From contig JBHGNT010000015.1 of assembly GCA_043228905.1 (NCBI GenBank), forward strand, positions 5,518,001-5,582,000: 64,000 bases of DNA, written 5' to 3'. Origin of the DNA: Azolla caroliniana. Taxonomy: Eukaryota; Plantae; Polypodiophyta. The notes beneath the pieces were generated by a model. The model was not told the origin of the DNA, did no database searches, and saw nothing but the letters and a program-made list of their open reading frames with translations. The translations under genes were made by a program, and so were the position numbers. This document shows positions 52,890-64,000 of this stretch, piece by piece (position 1 is the first letter of the stretch; the number at the start of each line of letters is the position of its first letter).

Positions 52890-53200
52890 CATACTTATTC
52901 TACGTTTAGAGTACGTTTTAGAATTGCCGTTTTTTAAAACTTGACGTATTCTATGTATTTAACAAGTATTTATCATTAAAAAAAAAAACTTTAGATTTAA
53001 AAAAATATTTTACATATTTTACATAAGTATTCTACACGTATTCTAAGTATTCTAAACATATTCTAAGTATTTTACACGTATTCTAAGTATTTTATCTATA
53101 AATACGTATTCTAAATATTTTGAAAAGAAAGTTTGAATACTTAGGTAGAATACTTAGAATACATACACGTATTTTTTGAGCTAAGTATTTGACAACAACG
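52890..53200. mobile_element. hAT-type MITE with partly deleted left TIR
   Basis: 8-bp direct repeat CACCAAAT (52882-52889, 53201-53208). Interior GTATTCTA repeats invert to TAGAATAC near the right end. Confidence 0.6.
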
Positions 53201-53718
53201 CACCAAATTGATGTCAAGTATTGAAATTTGAGCAGAATTAAAACTAGAGAGTCTTCTATGTATAGTGTTTAACGATGTCGATGTTTCGCCAAGGAGTTAA
53301 ATCTATTTTCTTGGAATTTTAAAAAGGGTCTAAGCCATTGTAAGCCTACACGTTTTGCGTGAATAAATTTAATTATGTATGTATTTGGGAGTCTATTGTA
53401 TGTGGGGTTTTATGTGATATGTAAATAAATATATGTGTTTTGAGTGAATGGGAATGTGCATGCATGTATATTATTATATTTCTAATGTTTATTTAATTAA
53501 TTAAATTTGTTTTATTATTATTTTCTCCTGTGATGGAGAGGCCGACAATAGCGGACACGAATGTTAAGTCAAAATCTACAAAATCTCCAAATCTATGACA
53601 GGTTGGTCCTGGTCTTTCAAATCTGCAAACAAATTTTTGTTTTTTTTTTCCCTTGATCCTTCTCGAAAGGATCTTGATCAGATCAAAGGGCTCTCAATAA
53701 GGCTCAAAATTAGTTAAA

Positions 53719-54357
53719 ATGGTTGAGGAGATGATGAGGATGGGAGGGATTGATGGTGAAGGACGACGACGACCTTTGGTTGCGAACCGTGGCGGTAATG
53801 GGCTGCTAGTCACAAATAACCGTGGCGGTAATGAAGCTCTTACCGCGGATGCCCCGCACCGGATTACCAATTATAATATCACCAATATTTATGTTGGAAG
53901 CTTGCAAATCAATAATGATTGCCCGCCATCGCAAATCAATGATTGTCCGCCATTCGAAAGGATCGATGATGGTCAGCCATCGCAAATCAATGATGTTCCG
54001 GACATAATACACTATGAGCCAAGATTTTGTTTAGCACCTAGTTGTACCCAAGCCTTGACATTCGGCATGGCGGTGCCTCGGCGGTGGTACCGTGCCACGA
54101 AGCATACAAACAACAACAGTCAACTCATCTCCTACGCGCAAACGAGCAGCCGTACCCAAACATCTGCCCATATCATGACTGCAGGCCTCACACCCCATCG
54201 TTATCACCTCATCATTTTCCTCTTCGACACTGATCCCACCGGACAATTCCAAGGATTCCATGATGCCGATGCGCGATTGCCCCAAATAACTCGGCTTGGA
54301 AAAATAAGTTCGTTGATCCAAGACTTGGGACCGAACTACGAGTTCGCATCCACACAG
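53719..54357 (+). CDS. Exon 1 of an uncharacterised non-TE protein-coding gene
   Basis: ATG-initiated frame of 213 codons, more GC-rich than its flanks, no TE motifs, ending at the donor CAG|GTATTA (phase 0). Confidence 0.65.
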
Positions 54358-55066
54358 GTATTACATCTTGTGATCCACTCATAATAAAACTGCATTAAAC
54401 TGCATTAAACTGACTTGTGGATTCAGAAATCTCTTTACTTTCAAGGACCACATCCTTGATATATGCACTAATTTGGCGAGATCTAATTTGTATGACATCA
54501 TTACCTTGGGATAATCTGATGAGTGCACACCTTTACAGTTAACAATAGAGGTAATTCCCAAATTTGAGGGTTATTTTGCCAAATTTCTAACAAGAGAGGT
54601 CAGTGTTTTCCAAGTAAACATATCATGCAAGCGACCTAAGATATAATTTGGAATCTTAGACTATTTCACTTCTCCTTTAATTGCATGCCTTGTTCTCTTA
54701 GTATGATGATCCGATGGACCAATAATGTTTGTTTTATTATGACAACATCATGGAATAAGCTTGGATTGACATATTGTTCTAAAGTAGCTCGAAGAATCTG
54801 ATGTATATTATATATATTTATGTGTAAGTTTGTTGTGGAAGTTATACATAATGGAAAACCCTTTTCAGATTGCATTTTTAGCATGGAATATCTTGGTCTA
54901 GTTTTCATGTTAAATATTGTATTTAGTGTTGTGCTATGTATATCTATCATTAAGGGGTCATGATCTCTACATCTAATCTGCATTATGCCACAATGCATAT
55001 GTACCTATATGTGGGCAAGCAACCATTTTGTGTTATGATTTGTATTGCTCATTGTTTCCCTTTTAG

Positions 55067-55222
55067 GTAATAAAAAGTTCAATGTCCATATATCTATTCT
55101 TAATCAAGACGGCAAGACATAGACCTTCTGTAAATAGCCTAGCTAGATGGGCTAGTCTCATTCAGTGGGCAGAAGGTCTACAACATGGTGCGGCAAGAAA
55201 CATGACGATCACAACAATAACG
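55067..55222 (+). CDS. Exon 2 of the same gene (VIKSSMSIYLFLIKTARHRPSVNSLARWASLIQWAEGLQHGAARNMTITTIT)
   Basis: Acceptor CTCATTGTTTCCCTTTTAG|G, in frame with exon 1. Candidate donor ACG|GTATGG at 55222 (phase 0); otherwise the frame stops at 55279. Confidence 0.6.
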
Positions 55223-55359
55223 GTATGGACATCACCAATATATATGTATGTGTGTAAATGTGCATCCATTGACATATAAAGGTTCAAAACAATCTTGCAT
55301 ATGATATAACTCCATGGCCATTGGGGAATCTCAATGGATCATATATATAAATATATATA

Positions 55360-56823
55360 TGATATGATATGATTACAATCGGAGACAAACCAGAAAAGAT
55401 AGATTACATGGAAAACCTTGAATCCAGGGGAAAACCACTAAGCAGATAGATTTCTACTATGAGAAAAGAAAATACAAAGCATATGATGATAGAACTTGTT
55501 TAGGTTATGGATGCACTTCCCTCTTGTTGTTTGAAACCACACTTTCAGCCGAGTCCACCAAACCCTAACTTGTTGCTACTTACCTCTTTAGGGGCTCTCA
55601 GAGCTTCTCTACTCTACCTCTCTTTGTTTTCCTCCTCTCACGGTGTCTCTATCTCTCTCACACGGCCCACGCTATTTCAACTCCATGTTCTTCTCACTCG
55701 GCTTTGCTCACGCTACTTAAGAGTTTTGCTCTCTCACTCGTTCTCTGTTCATTTCACTCTCTCTCTCTAAGGTAATAGCTTACATAAAACCTAACTACTC
55801 TACATATATATATTATAATCATAGATTGACACATGCGTGATATTCGTGATATTTTCCATGCGCAATATTCTCAATATTCGAGAATACGAAATGGCCCCAA
55901 GAATATTAAAAACCCATTCGTTTTGCAAAATAAATATAAATAATTTATTTCACCAAAAAAAGAACAATTAATTATTAATAGATTATACTGTCCAGAGAGT
56001 TTATGAAACTTATTTTAATTAATCAATCAATTAATTAATTTTTAAAAAATGAATATTTTTATTTTTATTATACAAATATGATTAGTATGAACTTTGAAGA
56101 TATGATTAGTTTGAAGTACTTTTTTTAATGTCAAAATAAACATATCCATAACTTTTGAGGGAATAAAAAGTGAGAAATTAATGAGCCTTTATTTTATTTT
56201 ATTTATTTATTAAAAATAAAACAAATACTTATAACTTATAAGTTATACATTTATTATAAAAATTTAGTAGTGTCAAGTCCCAAGTTCCTCTTTTATTATC
56301 CCTATTTATTGTCAAGTTCCTTTTTTGTTATCCTAGGAAAATTAAAAAAGATAGAGTTATTTTTTTTTGGGTTAAACGAATACTTGACCACCCATTTGTA
56401 TTCGTATTCGTTTGCATTCGAATAGGAAACCCGATTAATGTGAATATGTCAATCTATGATTATAATATATATATATATATATTATATTATATTCAACCAT
56501 TTAGCCAACTCCCATTCGGCCACTCAGTCGATTTTCGGCTTTTCAATTGTCTCCCCCATTAGGTGGGACAAGCTTCCATAACAAATTGCCCCTTCAGTCC
56601 TGTATGGGGGGAAGTCAACTAGACCAGTTTTTCGTTGACAACCGATGAGTTTTTCCATAGATAAAATTTTTGTAAGCACACTTGATCCATTATCATGGGT
56701 ATGGATCTTCGCTATAACAAACTCATTTTCATTCACTCTCTCTCGTAACCAGTGATACCTTCTTTGAATGTGCTTTGTACGAGAGTGATAGGAAACATTC
56801 TTGGCTAAGTGGATGGCACTCTA
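55360..56823 (-). mobile_element. Copia element E fragment: 3' LTR (about 55360-56583, containing a MITE) plus RNase H C-terminus
   Basis: SAIHLAKNVSYHSRTKHIQRRYHWLRERV...DNGSSVLTK at 56600-56820. PPT GAAGGGGCAA before the LTR start TGTTATGG (56583). Left LTR end is approximate. Confidence 0.72.
55820..56458. mobile_element. hAT-type MITE (639 bp)
   Basis: TIRs CATAGATTGACA(C/T)AT; perfect 8-bp TSD ATTATAAT (55812-55819, 56459-56466); subterminal ATATTCG/CGAATA repeats; AT-rich core. Confidence 0.92.
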
Positions 56824-56844
56824 TGTCACAGATGAGTAGACGAG

Positions 56845-56882
<38 letters not shown>

Positions 56883-58447
56883 TTATATTATTGTCTTCTG
56901 AGGTCAAATATGACCTATGAGACCAAAAATATTACTTCTCACTTGATACGTGTGAAAGTGAGTAGTGACCCTCGATGTTCAAGAACTTTACCAATGAATG
57001 TTGCAATCAAGAGTGCACATTGTGGTTGTGAGAGGAATTCATGCAAGGATTGGGCTCGATCGAAGAGATGTGGAAAGCATGGTCGAATATGATAAAAGGC
57101 ACAACGTTGTATCAAATTGTGATACTCAGACTCGTGAACTTGTTTAGGGCAAAGTGTGATACTCAGACTCGTGTACTTGTTTAGGGCAAAGTGTGCATAG
57201 CCGACCACTCTCATCACTTGTGCCCCAATGCCCTGTCTCACATTCCAATGCATGTGAGCTAAGTCACATGGAAGCAATGGTTCGAATGACAGATAAGGGT
57301 ATGAGCCCTAACATGTATTGATGTGTACGATTTCCCCGTTCCGCGAAAAATATGGTTTTGTAGTTAGGTGCAACATGTGTAGTATAATGTGTGAAGTATG
57401 AACCTCCACATTTGTCCCATGCCATGATACATTGGTGTTGCAAAAATGCCTCATTTACAGAGGAATCTAATGATGCATCATGATACAAGTGTCTCGCATT
57501 CCATCTACCAAACCATTTTTCTATATCTTGCATCCAACCGGAACACAAAAATTTGCTTTTATGTGTCTTTTGGATCTTTTTGCTTGCTTCCCATGCAATT
57601 CTAGGAAGTCGATGTGAGGGACTTTTTTGAACCTTAAGCATGTATTCAACAACCCTTTCCATGGCCATGATCTTAACGGGAAGCTATCCCGTCTCAAGGA
57701 GGAGGCTGTAGGGCGTTTGTTTCTTAACTTGTAGAAACTTTGTAAGAAAATATTTTTGGACATTTTCAAACTCTTTCCACATAGATTTAAGGATGCTACC
57801 GCCCCATACTTCCACTCCATAGAGAAGAACCGGTGTCACCAAAGTGTCGAAAAGATATTTCTTAAGGACCCAACACTTAATATCTCCAAGATTGCATGTG
57901 TTCTCAAATGCATAGTATGCTCGCTTACTCGCTTCTAAGCTGCGTGTAACACATTCATTCCATCTATGATTTGAAGGAACTTCAAGGCCAAGATATTTGA
58001 ATCTTTCCACACATTCAAGTGGCTCATTGTTGTACATAATGCATGGTTTATATCTTTTTTGGCTCTTTACAAGCATAATCTTTGTTTTAGAGCTATTGAC
58101 ACTTAATTTAGTATGCATACAAAATTTTTCCGATGCCTTCATAAGCTTTTGTGCACCTCCTAAATTATTTGCAAAAAACTCTACATCATCTGCATATAGC
58201 AAAAGCATAATCACAACATTCCCAATGACAACTTCTTCAACACATTCTTCCTTGCAAATTTGGTAACCATTTCTTCCAATTCATCAATGCATAGACCAAA
58301 TAGTGTTGGTGAGAGTGGGCATCCTTGCTTAACACCAATAGTGCTTTTGAAAAAATCTGAAAGTTTATCTCTCATGCACACACAACATATAACCTTCTCA
58401 TAAATTCGGGAAATTGCAAGCATATATTCAGTTGGCACCTCAAGTTC

Positions 58448-58497
<50 letters not shown>

Positions 58498-59287
58498 ATA
58501 GACAAGAGAACAAGAAAGAATTATGCTTCCGTAACTGGTGTTGTTCACCTTGACTAAGGCCAAGGTGAACCCCTGTATTTATACATGTTTGTGGGCTCTA
58601 AATGTAGTTCCATGTAGAGACGCATTTTCCTGCACAAGCTTCTGGAGCTTTCTGGAAGCTTCTAAAATATCCTACACATAGAATAGATAATCTACAATAA
58701 TCTACTAAGGTAACATGACCATGTATTGGATGTGTTGGTTAAAACATATCGATTGATTATAATATAGTAGGTTAAGAGTTCGAATCATGACATGATTGTT
58801 GTCATGTCCATGACATTATCCCCCCTTTAAGGCCACCTCCGAATATGCCTCCCTGGTTTTTGTGGATATTGGTGATTTTTGTGGATATTGGTGATGAAAT
58901 GCATGAACAACATCCGGTGCATTCTCCAAGTGTTGGGTTGGTTCCCAAGTTGCCTTTGAAATGGGATACCCTTTCCATAGGACTAAGTATTGAAGTTGTC
59001 GTCGATGCCAACGAGAGTCCAGAATCTTGTCCACCTCATACTCCTTACCTGTGGAAAGCTCAATTGGAGGTGGAGGTGGAGAGTGTCTTCCAGGAATAGT
59101 GGATGGATGATGAGGTTCAAGAAGAGAGGGCCCATGGAAGACATTATGAAATCTGGAAATGTGGAGGAAATTCCAACCGAAAAGTGACGTATTGATACGC
59201 TCAATGATGCGAAAAGGCCCCAACTTCATGTAGTCCAACTTTCCGCAAGGTCCAGTAGTGTCAACATGGCGACGTAAGAGCCAAAAA
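56824..59287 (-). mobile_element. Tcn1-like chromovirus copy 2: 3' LTR (56824-58815, split by RTEX) plus integrase end and chromodomain
   Basis: LTR matches 23652-23983 and 27863-28204. PPT follows 58815. ORF 58816-59316 has GPF and EYEVDKILDSRWHRRQLQYLVLWKGYPISKATWEP. Confidence 0.88.
56877..58451 (-). mobile_element. 5'-truncated RTEX-like LINE copy 3
   Basis: Closely matches copy 2 (GVKQGCPLS, YADD, FKYLG). (GA)n on both sides. About 37-bp internal tandem duplication at about 57118-57195. Confidence 0.9.
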
Positions 59288-62200
59288 CAGTTTCTCGTTC
59301 GTATATTCGGGTGCAAAAATCAAGGTGAATGTGCACAAAAAAAAACCCGACAGAAACAGGGACACAAGGTTTAACATGGAAACCCAAATCAGGAAAAACC
59401 ATGGGGGTCCACGAACCCCGAGAAACAAAATCACTATACAAAGAGGAGTACAATAAGAAACTCATCTTCGTCAATAGAAGGTTGCAGAGTTACACCCTAA
59501 GTCTCACACACTCTCTCTCTCTCTCTTACATTGTTATAAAGGCCATGACCTTCTTGTAACTCTCAACCTAATCATACAACGATTTACTACTGCTTACTTA
59601 TACTTATACAACTTTATGGCTGTTTATATACATAGCCCACATGGGGCACATTTTGACTATTTACAATTATAGTCTCTCGAGTCAGCATATCCGATCCATT
59701 CTCGGCCTTGTGGATCTTCATTAGAGCAAAGCCCTTCTCTTCTACTCGCTCTCGGAGCCAATGGTATCTCCTCTAGATGTGCTTGGTCCTCGAGTGGTAG
59801 GCTACATTCTTGGCAAGATGGATGACACTCAGATTATCGCAGTAGAGTCGAAATTCTTCTTGTCGAATTCCCAGTTCACTGATAAACTCCTTCATCCATA
59901 TTATTTCCTTGCCAGCTTCCATTGTGGCCATATACTTGGCTTCCGTGGTTGACATCGCCATGACGTTCTGCAGTCTCGACTGCCACGAAACAACTCCCCC
60001 GGCATAGGTCATTACGTATCCATATGTGAATCGGTTGGTATCTGCATCAGCCGACATATCTGAGTCCGTGTAACCTTCCAATGTGGGGTTACCTGAGCCG
60101 AATCGAAGACATATGCTCGAGGTGCCTCTCAGGTACCGAAGTATCCATTTCACATCAGCCCAATGCTCTCTGCCGAGATTGCTCATATATCGACTGACCA
60201 CTCCGATTGCGTATCCTATGTTTGGCCTGGTACATACCATCGTGTACATCAGGCTTTCAACTGCCGAGTCATAAGTGACTCTTGACATCTTGGCCTTCTT
60301 GGTTTTCAATTTCGGACATTGATCTTTGCTTATCTTGCAGTTCGTTGGCAATGTCGAGCCGACCGGTTTCGCGCTTTCCATGCCGAATCTCTAGGGAACC
60401 TTTGTCATGTATTTTTCTCCTGTGACAGCCACAATAATTTCTTTGTTCGATTGATGTGCATCCCTAGGATTTGCTTTGCCGGACCCATATCCTTCATCGA
60501 GAATGATCTGCTCAAGGCCTTCTTCAACACTTAGATCTTCGTATGGTCCCATTCGACAATCAACATGTTGTCCACGTACATCAGGAGGATGAGGAAATCT
60601 CCTCCGTCGAATTTCTTCACAAACACGCAATGATTGGCCTGCGTTTTGTGGTACCCATTGTCGGTCATGAAGGATTCGAATTTTCGGTACCATTACCGAG
60701 GTGCTTGTTTTAGCCCATACAAGCTCTTTCTTAATCGGCATACCACGTTTTCTTTAAATTTCTTCACGAATCCTTCCAGCTGCTGCATATAGATCTCCTC
60801 TTCGAGATCACCATGCAGAAACACTGTCTTGACATCCAATTGCTCGACTTTGAGATCCATGTTGGTCGCTATGCTTAGCACCGTTCGGATGGATGTCATT
60901 TTCACCACCGACACAAATATCTCGTTGAAATCTAAACCCTCTTTTGTTGAAAGGCTTTCACGATGATTCAGGCTTTATATCTCAGTGGATTGCCACTTTC
61001 TCCCGGTTTCAGTTTCTATACCCACTTATTTTGGCGTGCCTTCTTTCTTCTCAACAGCTCAGTCAATTCATATGTGTGGTACTCATGCAAGGATTTCATC
61101 TCCTCTTGCATGGCACAAAACCACTCTTGGTTGTGGGTATCTTGCTTAGCTTCTTCGAAGCTTTCCGGCTCCCCCTCATCGGTTAGCAGCACACGCTCTT
61201 CATCTAGAAATCTCCAGGGGGGCCTTCTCTCTCTCAGGGGAAAGTTTTGGCCTCCATTCAGCACGGCCGGTTCTTCTTCGACTTCCTCAACCGAGTCGGA
61301 TTTAGTCCATTGTTCAGCCGGTTTCCCTTGTTCTTTAGTCGGTTCTCGATTTTGCCAAGTATTAAATCGACTGACTAGCTCGGATTCTATTTCGATCGAA
61401 TCGATTTCCTCTGAATTAGGCCAAGCATCGACTCGGCTCAATTCAGTAATTGGAGATTTATTCTCAATCTCCCAATTGACAATTTTCTTTCCTCCATAGA
61501 GACAATATCTCAGCTCCTAATCACCTTCTTATCGGCCGCTAAGTTCCATAGCCGATAACTGAATTCGTCATCACTGTAGCCAACAAATATACATGGCCAA
61601 GATTTCGGGTCCAACTTCCCCCTCTGGTCCTTTGCTACATGCACATACGCAAGACAACCAAACACCCTCAAATGTTAGTATGTAATGTCTTTACCACTCC
61701 ACACCCTTTTTGGAATATCACCGTCCAAGGGTATTGAGGGTGATCGAGTTTTCACGTACGCTGCCGCCATCAGCGCCTCAACCCAGAACGTCTTCGGTAA
61801 CTTAGCATGTGCAAGCATACTTCGGATCCTCTCCATTATGGTCTGGTTCATTCATTCAGCCAACCCATTAAGTTTTGGCATCTTCGACATGGTATACTCG
61901 AGCCGAATTCCTTGATTTCAGCAATATTCCTCGAACGGTTTGTGGTACTCTCTACCATTGTCCACTCAAACTGCCTTGAATTTTTGTTCGGTTTCTCTCT
62001 CGGCTCTCGCTTGGAACTCTTTGAAGAAGGATAACCCTTGATCCCTAGTCTTCAGCATGGAAGCCCACAACTTCCGGCTATAATTATCAATAAAGGTCAC
62101 GAAATATTGTGAACCACCATGCGATTTCGTATCCACATAGCATACGCCTGTATGCACGAGTTCCAGTGGCATTCTCTTCCTCATTGGGGGCCTCGATTGG

Positions 62201-64000
62201 AAGGATGTTCAATTCTGCTTGCCAGCCAAGATTGCACTTCTCAAGCTGCACATTCTTCACCTCTAGAATGAGGTTGTCCTTGGTAATCTTTTGCCTCCCC
62301 TTATGGCTCATATGGCACAACCTCCTGTGCCACAGTTCAACGACTGTATCAGCTGCCACGTTTGCTTCCCCTCGGCATATTCGAGCATGAATCAAGTATA
62401 GTGTGTTGGTCTTTTGAGCTCGGACCACGATTAGGCACCCTTGGCAGAACTTCATGACTCTGTTCCGGATGCTACCCGTGTAGCCTTCGTCATCCAACTG
62501 ACTGGCTGATATTAGGTTCAATCAAACCTCCGGAACATGTCAAACATCTTTCAACATGAGTCTGCACCCGGTTGAGGTTACCAAACACACATCTCCTATG
62601 TTGACGATTCGGTGTGCTCCTTCATTCCCCATCTTTACAGATCCGAGATCTCCGGCTCTATAGGATGAGAAGCACTTTCGATCAGGGGTTAGGTGAAAGG
62701 ACGCACCCGAATTAACCACCCATGTCGATTCTTCTCCAGTGAGATTCACTTCATTTTGCTCACTAATGAGCAACAACTCCTCCTCACTTGCGGCGATTGC
62801 TGAGGTGTTCTTCTTATCTGGGATTTTCTTCGGCTCTACACCATCAACTCCCCCTTTCTCCTTTCGAAAGTGTCGGCAATTTTTCTGGAAGTGCCCTGGC
62901 TTCCCATAATAGAAGCACATGGGTCTCCCCCTAGACTTCGACCTAGTCCCCGACTTATCTCGGTTTTGGGGACTTCTATTTTGGCTTCTTCCCCAAATCG
63001 TGTCACCTTTCGTGATTAAGGCCTTTTGGTCGGTATTGGACTCTCGGTCCTTTTGACGAGCTTCTTCATTCAGCAAGCTCGACTTCACTTGCTCTAGGGA
63101 CAAATGCTTCCCTTCCGGCCCAGCGTTGCCCAATGTGACAACGAGCGTCTCCTAGTTGTCCAGAAGGGATCCTAGCAACAATAGTGCTAATACGTTGTCG
63201 GAAAGAGGTGCTTCTAGAGAGGTGGTTTGGTTCATTAGTCCTTGGAATGCATTGATGTGCTCTGCCATACTGGAGCCATCCTGACACCAGAGTCTCACGA
63301 CTTTTTGGAATATTGAAACTCGGTTCACGGCGTTCTTGTTCTCAAACATTACGACTATCTTCTTCCATAGGACATTCGCTTTTGTTTCTTCGTCTAAGTT
63401 GTTCTATAGACTAATGTCTATAAAACACCTTATATATGCGGCCACCTTCAGATGCAACACTTCCCATGTTGCTGCATCAACCTTATCTGGCCTTTTATCT
63501 CCAAATTGCACCGGTAGCCAGAGGTCTTTCCTCACAAGCATGTCTCTCATCTTCGACTTCCACACTCAGTACTTGAAGCCAGTTAACTTGAACATGCTGT
63601 TGAATGAGTCTTCCACACTCAGTACCACTTTGTCGAGAAACATGACCGGCCACAACCAGTTTCTCGTTCATATATTCAAGTGCAAAAATCAAGGTGAATG
63701 TGCACAAACAGAAAAAAGACAAAAACATGGACATAAGGTTTAACGTGGAAACCCAAATCGGGAAAAACAACGGGGGTCCATGAACCCCAAGAAACAGAAT
63801 CACTATATAGAGAGGAGTACAATAAGAAACTCATCTTCGTCAACAGAAGGCTGCAGAGTTACACCCTAAGGCTCACACACTCTCTCTCTGTCTTACATAG
63901 TTACAAAGGCCACTACCTTCTTCTAACTCTCAACCTAATCATACAACAATGATCTACTACAGCTTATTAAAGTTTTCCCTAGTTGTATTTATACTTATAC
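59288..64000 (-). mobile_element. Degenerate Ty1/Copia element D (5' LTR runs off the window)
   Basis: LTR copies at about 59290-59680 and about 63660-64000. Gag 63150-63620, protease WVVNSGAS, integrase about 61500-62200, RT about 60300-61100, RNase H 59690-60100. Many frameshifts. Confidence 0.88.

Overview
Eukaryotic, plant-type DNA made almost entirely of nested transposable elements. The mix of Tcn1-like and Galadriel-like chromoviruses, RTEX-like LINEs and these Copia families suggests a non-seed plant such as a fern; that is inference only. I can resolve about 20 insertions. LTR elements: six Ty1/Copia elements or fragments, one near-intact Galadriel-type chromovirus, two Tcn1-like chromoviruses, two decayed Gypsy remnants and solo or partial LTRs. 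LINEs: two L1-type (one full length with a 17-bp TSD, one stretched to about 21.8 kb by nested insertions) and three RTEX-like fragments. DNA transposons: three non-autonomous hAT-type elements with 8-bp TSDs. The only non-TE coding candidate is a spliced gene of unknown function on + (exons 53719-54357 and 55067-55222), followed by a stack of antisense TEs. Most notable observations: a Tf1-style 11-nt self-priming signal in the Tcn1-like element; a Copia family with two polypurine tracts enclosing a different cassette in each copy; a reconstructable recombination deletion inside the split L1; microsatellite-associated RTEX insertions; and a tRNA-like Pol III A/B-box module inside an LTR-like segment. 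All alignments and counts were done by eye; no database search was run.
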